A stretch of 64,000 bases of DNA from Kiritimatiellia bacterium. Lineage in GTDB: Bacteria; Verrucomicrobiota; Kiritimatiellia; JAAZAB01. The notes beneath the pieces were generated by a model. That model ran no database searches, was not told where the DNA came from, and saw only the letters and a list, made by a program, of their open reading frames with translations. How positions within the stretch are numbered: the stretch's first letter is position 1; each line of letters begins with the position of its first letter. The position numbers and the translations under genes were made by a program. Below, piece after piece: positions 1 through 9,328 of this stretch. Where the stretch lies: NCBI GenBank assembly GCA_040767085.1, contig JAXGPF010000009.1:2307-66306 (forward strand), in the 5' to 3' direction.

Positions 1-140
1 GGTCGCCGGCATTGTCCGCGACGGCGGCATTATTATCGAAATCCAGCAAAGCCACCCGCAGGGGGGCCGCGGCCACCGCCGCGCCCGCCGTCAAACAAGC
101 CGCCAAGATCATCCAGCCGCGCATATGCATCCTCCTTGAA

Positions 141-554
141 TTAATGGAATCCATAAAAATAAAACAGCCAGAACAGCAGCAGCAGCACCAGCACCAGCAT
201 CAGGATGGCCTTGTTGCGCAACACGCGCATTTCCTGGCGCGATGGGCGCAGATCCTGAAAATGGCCGGCCATGAAATAATTGGCGAAACGCTCGCGCCCG
301 AAGCGCGTGGTCGTCCGCCCGGCATTGAACGGTGGTTCAGGCGGCGGCGGCTCCGCCGCCGGCGGGGGTGCAGCGCGGGCGAATAAATCCGCCGCGGGTT
401 TGGCGGAGGGAGGGGGCGGCGGCGGGGGCGCGGCCGGCGCCCGGTGCGCGCCCCGGTTGGCGTTTTTCATTTCCCGTTCCAGGCGCGCCATTTCGCGCTG
501 CAATTCCTGGAGGCGGCGGTCAATCGCGGATGAATTTCTGCTGCCGAATGCCAT
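141..554 (-). CDS. hypothetical tail-anchored protein: N-terminal coiled coil, Pro-rich linker, single C-terminal TM helix
   Basis: ORF with heptad-like segment (RRLQELQREMARLEREMK) and a hydrophobic C-terminus (ILMLVLVLLLLFWLFYF). Same architecture as the adjacent ORF 576..1304. The Pro-rich stretch could be a GC artefact. Confidence 0.35.
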   Translation of the reverse strand: MAFGSRNSSAIDRRLQELQREMARLEREMKNANRGAHRAPAAPPPPPPPSAKPAADLFARAAPPPAAEPPPPEPPFNAGRTTTRFGRERFANYFMAGHFQDLRPSRQEMRVLRNKAILMLVLVLLLLFWLFYFYGFH

Positions 555-575
555 ATTGCATTCAACTCCTCGAGG

Positions 576-1304
576 CTAATAGGCAAACCGGAAATACATA
601 ACAAAAGCCACCGCGATGATGGTAACGATCAGCGGCAGGCTGGCGGCCAATCCCAGCAGCATCCATGAACCGAACGAACGGGGCGCGGCGGCCGACCCGG
701 AAGCGGCGGCGGGGACGGCCGGCATGGGCGCGCTTTTTTCGCCATGCAGCGCTTCAATGCGCGCGATAGCCTGGTTGAATTCCTTGCGCGCATTTTCCAC
801 AATGACCAGCGCCCGATGGAGTTCCTCGCGAAAACCGGCGCTGTCCGCCGGCCAACGGGATTCATCCAGGCCCCGGGCCATTTCCAGCATGTCCTTGAAG
901 GCGGCATTGGTTTCCGTCACCAGAGCCATGTGTTGATGCAGGCGCACTTCCTCCCGTTCCAGATACACCAGGTATTGATCCAGGCGCTCGATCAGTTCCC
1001 GCTTGCCCGTCTCGTATTTTTCCTGGTTCTGACGGAGTTGCTCCAGGGCATTGCGCTCCTTTTCCAGCGCCTGCTGCCGGGAGCGCAAGCGCTCCAATTC
1101 GTCCATGCGGTCCACCATCTGGCTGTTGATCTCGTTGCGGCGCTGCGCCAGGGGCGTCAGGTTTAATTCCTGCACCGGCACCGGACCGCTTCTTGGCGGC
1201 GCGGACGCGTCCGGCGCGGCCTCGGCGTCCGGCCCGATTTTAACCTGCCGCACCGCATCCCGGCGTTGGATCAAGTCGTCGTCTATGAAGTCGGTACGTG
1301 TCAT
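576..1304 (-). CDS. hypothetical coiled-coil protein with C-terminal TM anchor
   Basis: 242-aa ORF with a long charged coiled-coil region (LERLRSRQQALEKERNALEQLRQNQEK...) ending in a hydrophobic helix (LPLIVTIIAVAFVMYF). No recognisable catalytic motif. Confidence 0.45.
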   Translation of the reverse strand: MTRTDFIDDDLIQRRDAVRQVKIGPDAEAAPDASAPPRSGPVPVQELNLTPLAQRRNEINSQMVDRMDELERLRSRQQALEKERNALEQLRQNQEKYETGKRELIERLDQYLVYLEREEVRLHQHMALVTETNAAFKDMLEMARGLDESRWPADSAGFREELHRALVIVENARKEFNQAIARIEALHGEKSAPMPAVPAAASGSAAAPRSFGSWMLLGLAASLPLIVTIIAVAFVMYFRFAY

Positions 1305-1317
1305 GCGGACAATCTCC

Positions 1318-2046
1318 TTATTCTTCGGGCGGGATGCGTAAAATCTGCCCCGCCGCCAGCTTTTCCGGCCCCGTTAATTTATCGCGGTTAGCCTCGAAAA
1401 TTACCGTCCATTTCCGCGGGTTCTGATACAGCCGGGCGGCGATTTTCGTCAGGGTATCGCCCGGCTGTACCTGGTAGGATTTTCCCGCGGAAGCCGGTCC
1501 AGGGGCCGCCGCGGGCGGGACCGGCGACGGGGCTGTCGGGGCGGCCGCGCCGCGCGACTGGAGCTGCAGTTGCGCCAGGTTGGCGCGCACTTCGCGCAGA
1601 TCTTGTTTCAAAAGTTCGTTTTCCTCGCGCAACTGGCGGATGCGGTGATCCAGGTTATACTCCTGGTCCACCACGCTGGCGCCGTAAGCCATGCGCGCCT
1701 GCCGGATCAACTCTTCAATCATGGTGCGCTTGTCGGCTGCCGGCTGCAGTTCCAGGAAACGGCCGTAATGGTAGATGGCGCGGATATAGTCCTGCTTGTG
1801 GCGGTCATAGAGCAAAGCCGCGTCCAGGTGCGCCTGGCCCAGGTTCGGCTTGCGCGCCAGCGCGCGGTTCAGGATGGCCAACGCCATGTCTTTATTGCCT
1901 TCCTGCGCGCGCGCGCGCGCCTGGCGGATCATGGGATCGCGCAATTCGGAATCGTAGCGTCCGGAGGGGCTGCACCCGGGCAGTACCGCCAAAGCCAGGA
2001 GCGACAGGCACGCCAAGCCTGTCCGGCATGTCTGGTTTAACTTCAT
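1318..2046 (-). CDS. LysM domain-containing TPR lipoprotein
   Basis: Signal peptide with lipobox (LLALAVLPGCS). TPR-like repeats. C-terminal LysM motif (YQVQPGDTLTKIAARLY...WTVIFEANRDKL...GQILRIP). Internal ATG at 2046 chosen as start; the ORF extends to 2115. Confidence 0.6.
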   Translation of the reverse strand: MKLNQTCRTGLACLSLLALAVLPGCSPSGRYDSELRDPMIRQARARAQEGNKDMALAILNRALARKPNLGQAHLDAALLYDRHKQDYIRAIYHYGRFLELQPAADKRTMIEELIRQARMAYGASVVDQEYNLDHRIRQLREENELLKQDLREVRANLAQLQLQSRGAAAPTAPSPVPPAAAPGPASAGKSYQVQPGDTLTKIAARLYQNPRKWTVIFEANRDKLTGPEKLAAGQILRIPPEE

Positions 2047-2148
2047 CCCCTCCCCCGGTTCACCGGCGCCGTTGACCGCATAACGCAAAATACGCAAGCA
2101 GGATACTACAGGCATGCCGGAAATGCAAGCCGGGAACGCAGTCCGGAT

Positions 2149-2637
2149 TCAAGCCGGCGGGCGCGGCACATCCCGGGCGGCCGCCGGCAGAATAATTCTG
2201 AACTTGGCCCCTTTGCCGGATTCGGTGGCGACGCAGATATCGCCGCCGTGGTTGCGGACGATTCCCAAGACCGCCGCCAGACCGAGCCCGCGCCCCATGA
2301 ACTTGGTAGTGTAAAAAGGCTCAAACAGATGCGGCAAGCCATCCTGGCCAATACCGCACCCGTCATCCTGTACGATTAATTCGGCGTAGCGGCCGGCGGG
2401 CAAGGTGTGTTTTTGACAATACCGGGATGGCGCATAGCCGGGCTCGATATCCATGCCGCGCACGGACACTCCGATGACGCCATGCTTGTTCTGCATCGCC
2501 TCAACGGCATTGGTGATCAAATTCACCACCACCTGCCGCAACTGCGCCAGGTCGCCTTCGACGCAGGGCGTATCATCGGCCAGGTCAAACCGCAGGTCGG
2601 CATGATGCCCGGCAAGCGTTTTCAGCAACTGCAGCAT
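2149..2637 (-). CDS. histidine kinase HATPase_c domain segment (3' part of the same interrupted HK gene)
   Basis: N/G1/G2 boxes (VVNLITNAVEAM ... DDGCGI ... GRGLGLAAV). Same reading frame as ORF 2668..4920, separated only by the TAA codon and 10 sense codons. Confidence 0.65.
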   Translation of the reverse strand: MLQLLKTLAGHHADLRFDLADDTPCVEGDLAQLRQVVVNLITNAVEAMQNKHGVIGVSVRGMDIEPGYAPSRYCQKHTLPAGRYAELIVQDDGCGIGQDGLPHLFEPFYTTKFMGRGLGLAAVLGIVRNHGGDICVATESGKGAKFRIILPAAARDVPRPPA

Positions 2638-2667
2638 TTCGCCAATGAGCCGCGGCAGGTTGACCGG

Positions 2668-4920
2668 TTACACCATGTACTTCCCCTTGCCCGCATACGC
2701 CAGGAGTTGCGCGGTCAATTCCGCCGCGCGGCGGCAGGCGGAGCGGATGTCCTGCAAATAGGCAACCGGCGGGGCGCCAGGGGGCATTTTCAGCAGTGCC
2801 AGTTCAACGTTGCCCTGGATGCCCATCAGCAGATTGTTGAAGTCGTGGGCGATGCCGCCGGCCAGCAGGCCGATGCTTTCCATTTTTTGAATTTCGCTCA
2901 TCCGCGCTTCAAAACGCTCGCGTTCGGCGGCGGTTTTTTTCTGCTCGGTAATATCCTGCAGCGCCGAGCGGATGCCCTGCATCCGGCCCTGTTCATCCAG
3001 CAGGGCATAGGACTTGACCAGCATCGGCACATGGACGCCGCCGCGCCGGACGAATGTCCATTCGAAGGAAGCGTCCGGAACGGCGCCGGAAACCAGCTGG
3101 CGCTCAAGCGCCGGCCGGGCTGCCTCCTGCTCCAGAATAAACTCCCAGATCGGCCGGCCGACCATCTCCGCCGCCGTGTAGCCCAGCATCTTCAGTTCCG
3201 TGGCGTTGACATGCGTCAGGCGGCCGGCCCGGTCCATCTCGTGGTAACCCACCGGCGCATTGTCGAACAGATGCCGGTAGCGGGCTTCGCTCTGCCGGAC
3301 TGCCTGTTCGGCTTGCAGGCGGCCGATGACATTGCCCACCTGGTGGATCATCAACTCGACCGTGTTGCGGTCATGCTCGGGAATTTCCGTCAGCGCACGC
3401 GAGGCAAGGTTGCAGCAACCGACCAGGCGGTCGCTATGCTTGATCGGCAGCAAGGCGAGCGCGCGCAAGTTTTCAGCGCGCGCCGCGGCCGCAAAGGCGG
3501 GGTGCAGATCATCGCTCAGCATGTAAATCGGCCGGCCGGCGGCGAAAAGCTGCCATTGTTCCATGTCCGGCGAGATCCGCTTGACGGCGCGGACGAATTC
3601 CGGCGATAAACCGTGCGCGGCTGTCAAAATCAACGATCGGCCGGAGCCGTTGCACAGATAAATGCCGCCGCAATCCATACCGGTGATCCGCAGGGCGGCA
3701 TTCAAAAAAAGTTTCAAGGCTTCCGCGGCGGAGCCGGCCGCGGCCAGTTCCAGTCCCAGGTCGCGCTGGATGCGCATGGCATTTTCCACGCGCTTGCGCC
3801 CGGTTAAATCCACGTTCAGTTCCGCGACCACCCATTCGCCCTCGGGCGTCCGGTACGGCACGGTCGTCACCTGTACCGGGCGGTTATTCTCCCGCACCAT
3901 CACTTCCTCGGTGACGGCCTTGGTTTTGGTGGCCAGGGCGCGGATGATGCCACAGCCGGAGCAGGGCGACTGGCGCCCCATGAAATATTCATAGCACTTG
4001 CGCCCGTCGGTTGGGCCGTAAAATTCCTGCCAGCCGGAATCCACGTAACGCAGGTTGAACTGTGCGTCAATAATGTCAACATGCGTGCCGGTCTCCCGCA
4101 GGACGAACTCCAACTGCTTGTGCAGGTCCTCGATTTCACGCCGGGCAAGTTCGCGGTCGGTGACGTCGCGCAGCATGACCACCAGTCCCTGCGATTGCAG
4201 CGGGGCATCCCCCAGCGCCGAAAGCGATATTTCCACGGGAATCCGCCGGTTGCCGCGCGCCTGCAAGGTGCAATCGCTGATGGCGCGCGCCAGCGATAGT
4301 TGCCCGCCCGCGCAGGCGGCCAGTAAATCCAGCGGCGCCGGCGCGCGAGCGGATTGGATTTGCAGCACCTCGCCCAGCGCGCGGCCCCGCGCCTCCTCGA
4401 CCGTCCAACCCGACATCCGTTCCGCCATGCGGTTCATGTATTCAATTCTGCCGGCGGCGTCGGCGGTCACCACCCCCTCCCCCAGGTTGCGGAGGGTAAC
4501 GGCCAGCAAGGCTTCATTGCGGCGCAGGCGTTCGTCCAAGGCATGCTTGTACAGCGCCATTTCCAAGGCGGCGCGCAATTCATGATCGTCCGCAGGTTTG
4601 CGGATAAATCCGAACGGCGCAGTGTGCTTGGCGCGGTCCACGGTCTGTTCGTTGGAATAGGCGGTCAGGTAAATCACCGGCAGGGCAAAGCGGGCGCGGA
4701 TATTTTCGGCGACTTGGATGCCGTCCAGCCGGCCTTGCAGCAAGACATCCATCAACACCAGATCCGGATGGCTGCGTTCGATTTCCGGCAACACCTCGTC
4801 GCCGTCAGCGAGCGGTCCAGCCACCTCGTACCCCATGCGCTCCAGGCGCAGCTTGAGGTCGTACGCCAGAATCTGCTCGTCTTCCACGATCATGATCCGC
4901 GGACGTTGTTTATTCATCAT
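2668..4920 (-). CDS. hybrid sensor histidine kinase/response regulator, N-terminal segment (REC-PAS-GAF-PAS-HisKA), terminated by in-frame TAA
   Basis: N-terminal receiver domain (IMIVEDEQILAYDL...LVLMDVLLQG). PAS/GAF blocks. HisKA H-box (IAHDFNNLLMGIQG). The ORF stops at TAA 2668..2670, where an HK catalytic domain would be expected to follow. Confidence 0.7.
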   Translation of the reverse strand: MMNKQRPRIMIVEDEQILAYDLKLRLERMGYEVAGPLADGDEVLPEIERSHPDLVLMDVLLQGRLDGIQVAENIRARFALPVIYLTAYSNEQTVDRAKHTAPFGFIRKPADDHELRAALEMALYKHALDERLRRNEALLAVTLRNLGEGVVTADAAGRIEYMNRMAERMSGWTVEEARGRALGEVLQIQSARAPAPLDLLAACAGGQLSLARAISDCTLQARGNRRIPVEISLSALGDAPLQSQGLVVMLRDVTDRELARREIEDLHKQLEFVLRETGTHVDIIDAQFNLRYVDSGWQEFYGPTDGRKCYEYFMGRQSPCSGCGIIRALATKTKAVTEEVMVRENNRPVQVTTVPYRTPEGEWVVAELNVDLTGRKRVENAMRIQRDLGLELAAAGSAAEALKLFLNAALRITGMDCGGIYLCNGSGRSLILTAAHGLSPEFVRAVKRISPDMEQWQLFAAGRPIYMLSDDLHPAFAAAARAENLRALALLPIKHSDRLVGCCNLASRALTEIPEHDRNTVELMIHQVGNVIGRLQAEQAVRQSEARYRHLFDNAPVGYHEMDRAGRLTHVNATELKMLGYTAAEMVGRPIWEFILEQEAARPALERQLVSGAVPDASFEWTFVRRGGVHVPMLVKSYALLDEQGRMQGIRSALQDITEQKKTAAERERFEARMSEIQKMESIGLLAGGIAHDFNNLLMGIQGNVELALLKMPPGAPPVAYLQDIRSACRRAAELTAQLLAYAGKGKYMV

Positions 4921-4941
4921 GCCCCTGCCTTCGCGTGCATT

Positions 4942-5733
4942 TTAACAGGGGCGGCCCGATAGCGCAAGGAATATATTCGCGGGAACGTCAGACGCGTGCC
5001 GGGCGGGACGCGCCGGCGCCTCCGTCCCGCGCGTTATGGCCCCGGCGCGCCGGACCGCCTGCCGGGCCAGGATTGTCAGCGGATCCACCAGCGGCAGTCC
5101 GGCGCAGTCGCGGCGCAGAACCACGGAAATTTCCGTGCAGCCCGCGACAATCAGTTCAGCGCCGGCGCGGCGCAGCGCTTCGCCGGCTGCGCGCAGTTGG
5201 GCGGCCGGCAGGCGGCACCCGCCGGCTTTAACGCCGCGCGGACCGTAAATCGCCTCCATGACCAGCCGCTGCTGGTCGGCGGCGGCCGGCGCCAGCACCC
5301 GGCGCCGGCAGCGCCGGAAAGCCTGCTGGTAAATCCGCGTCCGCAGGGTGCCGGTCGTGGCCAAGAGCCCTACCCGCCGGACGCCGGGATAATGTTCCGC
5401 CACGTAGGCGGCCGCCGCCGCCGGCATATCGAGCACCGGCACGCGCACGGCGCGGCGGATGGCCGGCAGGTAATAATGCGCCGTGTTGCAGGGAATCACG
5501 ATGAAATCCGCGCCCGCGGCTGCCAGGCGGCGGGCGGCCCGGCGCAGGGCCGGCGCCGGAGACGGACCGCGCCCAAGAATGGCCGCCGTCCGGTCGGGAA
5601 TGGAAGGATCGTTGAAAATAATTACCGGGACATGTTCCTGGTCGGCCCCGGCGCACGTGGAGCGGATAATGCGCCGGAACAATTCCGCCGTGGCTTCCGG
5701 GCCGACGCCGCCTAGGATGCCGATGGTTTGCAT
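4942..5733 (-). CDS. aspartate/glutamate racemase family protein
   Basis: Motifs MQTIGILGGVGPEAT, PCNTAHYY and GCTE typical of Asp/Glu racemases. Internal ATG at 5733 chosen as start; the ORF extends to 5961. Confidence 0.6.
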   Translation of the reverse strand: MQTIGILGGVGPEATAELFRRIIRSTCAGADQEHVPVIIFNDPSIPDRTAAILGRGPSPAPALRRAARRLAAAGADFIVIPCNTAHYYLPAIRRAVRVPVLDMPAAAAAYVAEHYPGVRRVGLLATTGTLRTRIYQQAFRRCRRRVLAPAAADQQRLVMEAIYGPRGVKAGGCRLPAAQLRAAGEALRRAGAELIVAGCTEISVVLRRDCAGLPLVDPLTILARQAVRRAGAITRGTEAPARPARHASDVPANIFLALSGRPC

Positions 5734-5752
5734 GGGCGCGGTGGGACTGGCT

Positions 5753-6397
5753 TCAATCGGGGTTGACGCTGGTATAAACAAAATCGCGGGGGATGCCGAG
5801 GCGTTCGCGCAAGGCCGGCATGCTGCGCCCGACTTCGGCGTCAAGCTGCTCGAAATAATTTCCGCCGGCGGCGTCCATATCCACGAAAAACGGGCCGAAC
5901 CGCTCCACCTCGAACACCCAGGTGGCTTCGGTCTTGCCCAATTCCTCCAGGAAATACACACCGGCGACGCGCTTGACCTGGGAGACTAATTGGTTGCCGC
6001 AGAGACCGATTTTGGTCAGGTGCACACCGCCCACTTCCCGGAGGGCATCGGCCGTGCCGCGGCCCATGGTCGTCTTCCCGATCAAAACATGCAATTGCAG
6101 ACGGCGGATCAAGCCCGGGCTGTAACGTTCAAAACGAATGCTGGAAGTCGGTTCGATGCTGACCACTTCCCATCCGCCGCCTGCCTGGCGCATCACCGGG
6201 CCGACATGGAAGAAAGTGTTGACCGCCGCAAAGTCAATCGGCGGCAGGATGTTTTCGGTCATGGCGCGGATATGCAGCCGGCTGCGTCCCGTGAAGACCA
6301 GCCCGCTGAGGGTCACCATGTCGCCCAGGCGCAACTGGCGGGCCCGATCCGAAGTCAAAGGCAATTGCAAATCAGGAATATCAGATACGGGGGTCAT
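5753..6397 (-). CDS. class I fumarate hydratase / L(+)-tartrate dehydratase beta subunit (C-terminal catalytic domain type)
   Basis: Translation resembles the Fumerase_C / TtdB family. Start ATG at 6397 overlaps the stop of the upstream alpha subunit by 4 nt (ATGA). Confidence 0.65.
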   Translation of the reverse strand: MTPVSDIPDLQLPLTSDRARQLRLGDMVTLSGLVFTGRSRLHIRAMTENILPPIDFAAVNTFFHVGPVMRQAGGGWEVVSIEPTSSIRFERYSPGLIRRLQLHVLIGKTTMGRGTADALREVGGVHLTKIGLCGNQLVSQVKRVAGVYFLEELGKTEATWVFEVERFGPFFVDMDAAGGNYFEQLDAEVGRSMPALRERLGIPRDFVYTSVNPD

Positions 6398-7296
6398 GCG
6401 AAATCTCCGGAATAATCCGCGCGGCCGTCGCCGGCCAGTACCGCTTTCCAGCGCCGTCCCACCATGCATTGGGCGTTGACCGCCACCGGCAAGGCGGCGG
6501 TGTGCGTGACCGCCGCCGCCGCGTGGAGGCCCATGACCGCGTTGACGCCGCGGACGCCCATGGGCCCGAGCCCCAGGTTGCGCGCCGCGGCCAGCAGTTC
6601 GCTTTCCAGGGCGGCCAGACCCGGGTCCGGGTTGCGCGAACCCAGCGGACGCAGCACCGCTGCTTCCTTGGCCAGGCGCAGGCAGAGGTCCGCCGTGCCG
6701 CCCAGGCCTACGCCAACGATAGCCGGCGGGCAGATTTTCCCCGCGTAACAGCTTTCGCGGATGGCGTCCAGGACAAATTTCACGATGCCTTCACGGCCGT
6801 CGGAAGGATAGAGCATCCGGTAAAAGGTGCCAAAAATTTCCGAGCCGCCGCCCTTGGGCGCGGCCACGATTTCCAGGCCGTCGCCGTCGCCGGCGAACCG
6901 CAGTTCCACCTTGGGCATACCAGGCCCGACATTATCGCCGGGATTGGCGCGCGTCAGGGGATTCACCATGGTCGGCCGCAAAAAATTATCCGCCGTGGCC
7001 CGGCGGGTGGCGGCAGCCGCGGCCGGCCACAGCGCGCCGAAGCCGCCCTGGATCGCCGTCCGGCTGCCGGCGCTCACGAAAAAGAGGGGAAAACCCGTGT
7101 CGGCGCAGACCAGGCCCCGGCCGGACTCCGCCAGGCGGGCGTTTTCCAGGCTGATTTCCAGGTGGCGCTGCGCCAGCGGTTCGCGTTCTTCCGCCAGGGC
7201 GGCCGCCAATGCCCGCTGGACGTCCGGCGGCAGGCGGGCGGCTGCCAGGCGCATGGCTTCGTACATGGCGTTTTCAATTTGAACTTGTGTGATCAT
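6394..7296 (-). CDS. class I fumarate hydratase alpha subunit (Fe-S hydro-lyase N-terminal domain type)
   Basis: 300-aa ORF resembling the FumA-N / TtdA family. Translationally coupled to the beta subunit gene. Confidence 0.65.
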   Translation of the reverse strand: MITQVQIENAMYEAMRLAAARLPPDVQRALAAALAEEREPLAQRHLEISLENARLAESGRGLVCADTGFPLFFVSAGSRTAIQGGFGALWPAAAAATRRATADNFLRPTMVNPLTRANPGDNVGPGMPKVELRFAGDGDGLEIVAAPKGGGSEIFGTFYRMLYPSDGREGIVKFVLDAIRESCYAGKICPPAIVGVGLGGTADLCLRLAKEAAVLRPLGSRNPDPGLAALESELLAAARNLGLGPMGVRGVNAVMGLHAAAAVTHTAALPVAVNAQCMVGRRWKAVLAGDGRADYSGDFA

Positions 7297-7437
7297 AAAA
7301 TATCCCGCGGAGCAATGACATCAAATTAAAATACAATACCTGCCGGCGGATTGCAACGCAAATTTTCAGCCGAACTTGCGGAATCCTGCACGGTGAATCC
7401 TGCTTGCCGCCATCCAGCCGATGTTTTATACTCCGGG

Positions 7438-7465
7438 CCGGATTTGAAAACAGAGGGAAATCCGG
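7438..7465 (+). promoter_or_regulatory. perfect 8-bp inverted repeat (CCGGATTT-12 nt-AAATCCGG) in the hydF leader, downstream of a TATACT -10-like hexamer
   Basis: Seen directly in the sequence, about 30 nt upstream of the hydF ATG, in a locally AT-richer intergenic region. Confidence 0.3.
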
Positions 7466-7493
7466 ATGATCGCCAGAACCTGAGCAGGAACTT

Positions 7494-8765
7494 ATGCATA
7501 AAGGCAAGGAAACCAAACCCCATATCGGCATCTTCGGACGCCGCAACACCGGCAAAAGTTCAATCATCAACGCCCTGACGGGCCAGGATATCGCCATCGT
7601 TTCCCCGCAAGCGGGCACGACGACGGACCCGGTTAAAAAATCCATGGAGATTTTCGGCGTCGGCCCGGCCGTGATCATTGACACGGCCGGACTGGATGAC
7701 ACGGGCGAACTCGGCCGGCAGCGGGTACGGAAAACCCGGGAAGTCATCCCGACCGTTGACGCGGCCATTGTGGTCCTGGCGGAGAACCAATTCGGACAGG
7801 AGGAAGAAAACCTGCTGGATGAACTGTATGAAAACGGGGTGCCCTTTCTTTTCGTTTGCAACAAAACCGACCTGGCGCCCGCGGATACCGCGCTGCAAAC
7901 GGCGCTCCGGAACCGATTCCACCGGCCGGTCATTGACTTCAGCGCCGTGCGCCCGACCAACCTGGAAGATCTGATCCAGGCTATCCGCGCCACCATCCCG
8001 GAAACCGCATACCTCAAACCATCGCTGTTCGGCGGCTTGCTGCATGGCGGCGATATTGTCATGCTGATCACGCCGATCGACACGGAAGCCCCGGAAGGGC
8101 GCCTCATCCTCCCCCAGGTGCAGGCCATCCGGGATATACTGGACAATCAATGCGTCGCCATAGTCCTGAAGGAAACAGAGGCGGAAGCGTTCCTCCGGAC
8201 TACCGGCGTCAAGCCGCGCCTGGCGGTATGCGACAGTTCGATTTTCCGGCAAACCGGCGCCATTGTGCCGCCGGACATCCCGCTGACGGGCTTCAGCATC
8301 CTGCTCGCCCATTGCAAGGGCGAATTTGATAGTTACTTGAAGGGCACCCCCGCCCTGGCACGGCTGCAGGACAACGACCGGGTGCTGATCCTGGAATCCT
8401 GCACCCACCATGTGGTGTGCGATGATATCGGCCGCGTCAAAATACCGCGGTGGATGCGCAGTTTCAGCGGAAAAAACCTGCGCTTCGACACTGTGGCGGG
8501 CCTGAACAAGCTGGACCGGCCGATTGCCGACTACGCGCTGGTGGTGCAATGCGGCGGCTGCATGATCACCAGGAAACAGCTGGTGAACCGCTTGAAGCCC
8601 GCCATTGACCAGGGCATTCCGGTCACCAATTACGGCATGGCCATTGCCTGGATGCAAGGAGTGTACCAGCGTGCGATTGCGCCTTTTATTAGCGTAGCAC
8701 CGGCTCAAGCAACTGCGCCGCCGGACAAGCCGGCCGCCAGCAGGCGCGCGATGGCTTCGGGATAG
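7494..8765 (+). CDS. hydF: [FeFe]-hydrogenase maturation GTPase HydF
   Basis: N-terminal GTPase motifs (IGIFGRRNTGKSSIINAL; AGTTTDPV; DTAGLDD; CNKTDL). C-terminal Cys/His cluster (CTHHVVCDD ... QCGGC) in the position of the HydF FeS-binding motif. Confidence 0.7.
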   Translation: MHKGKETKPHIGIFGRRNTGKSSIINALTGQDIAIVSPQAGTTTDPVKKSMEIFGVGPAVIIDTAGLDDTGELGRQRVRKTREVIPTVDAAIVVLAENQFGQEEENLLDELYENGVPFLFVCNKTDLAPADTALQTALRNRFHRPVIDFSAVRPTNLEDLIQAIRATIPETAYLKPSLFGGLLHGGDIVMLITPIDTEAPEGRLILPQVQAIRDILDNQCVAIVLKETEAEAFLRTTGVKPRLAVCDSSIFRQTGAIVPPDIPLTGFSILLAHCKGEFDSYLKGTPALARLQDNDRVLILESCTHHVVCDDIGRVKIPRWMRSFSGKNLRFDTVAGLNKLDRPIADYALVVQCGGCMITRKQLVNRLKPAIDQGIPVTNYGMAIAWMQGVYQRAIAPFISVAPAQATAPPDKPAASRRAMASG

Positions 8766-9328
8766 GCCTGGTGTTCCTGTTCCTGGATGCGGGCATGCAG
8801 CGAGTCCGGTGTATCGTCCGGCCGCACCGGCACCGCGCGCTGGAGGATGATCCGGCCGGTGTCCACCCCGGCATCCACGAAATGCACCGTGCAGCCGGTC
8901 ACCTGCACGCCGTATTCCAGGGCCTGGCGCCAGGCGGCCAAGCCCGGGAAAGACGGCAGCAGCGAAGGATGGATATTAATAATGCGCCCGGGATAGGCCT
9001 GCAGCAAGGCCGGCTTGATGATGCGCATGAAGCCGGCCAGCGCCACCAGTTCCACCGCGTGTGCCCGGAGCAATTCAATCACCCGGTTTTCCGCGGCGCC
9101 TTCCAGCTTGGTTTTAAAGGGCGCGGGATCGACGTAAAACGCCGGGATGCCAGCGCGGCGCGCGCGGTCCAGGATCAAGGCGTCCGGCACATCGGAAATG
9201 ACGCAGGCCATCCGGGCCGGCAGGCGTCCGGCGGCGATGGCGTCGGCAAGCGCCTGGAAATTGCTTCCCCGCCCCGACCCTAAAACGCCCAGGGCGGTCT
9301 GTTTGTTTGCGGTCCTGGTTGGTGGCAT
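8705..9328 (-). CDS. purN: phosphoribosylglycinamide formyltransferase
   Basis: GVLGSGRGSNF and NIHPSLLPSFPG motifs of GAR transformylase. Internal ATG at 9328 chosen as start. Confidence 0.8.
   Translation of the reverse strand: MPPTRTANKQTALGVLGSGRGSNFQALADAIAAGRLPARMACVISDVPDALILDRARRAGIPAFYVDPAPFKTKLEGAAENRVIELLRAHAVELVALAGFMRIIKPALLQAYPGRIINIHPSLLPSFPGLAAWRQALEYGVQVTGCTVHFVDAGVDTGRIILQRAVPVRPDDTPDSLHARIQEQEHQAYPEAIARLLAAGLSGGAVA

Noticed and set aside
12-386. 124-aa plus-strand ORF at window start with a QQQQHQHQHQ run
   Set aside because: Overlaps the minus-strand tail-anchored ORF. Its composition (Arg-rich tail, poly-Q/H) looks like GC-frame noise. However, a short partial ORF in another plus frame ending near 139 could be the C-terminus of an upstream gene, so the edge is left unassigned.
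2407-3609. 400-aa plus-strand ORF
   Set aside because: Antisense to the hybrid histidine kinase. No motifs.
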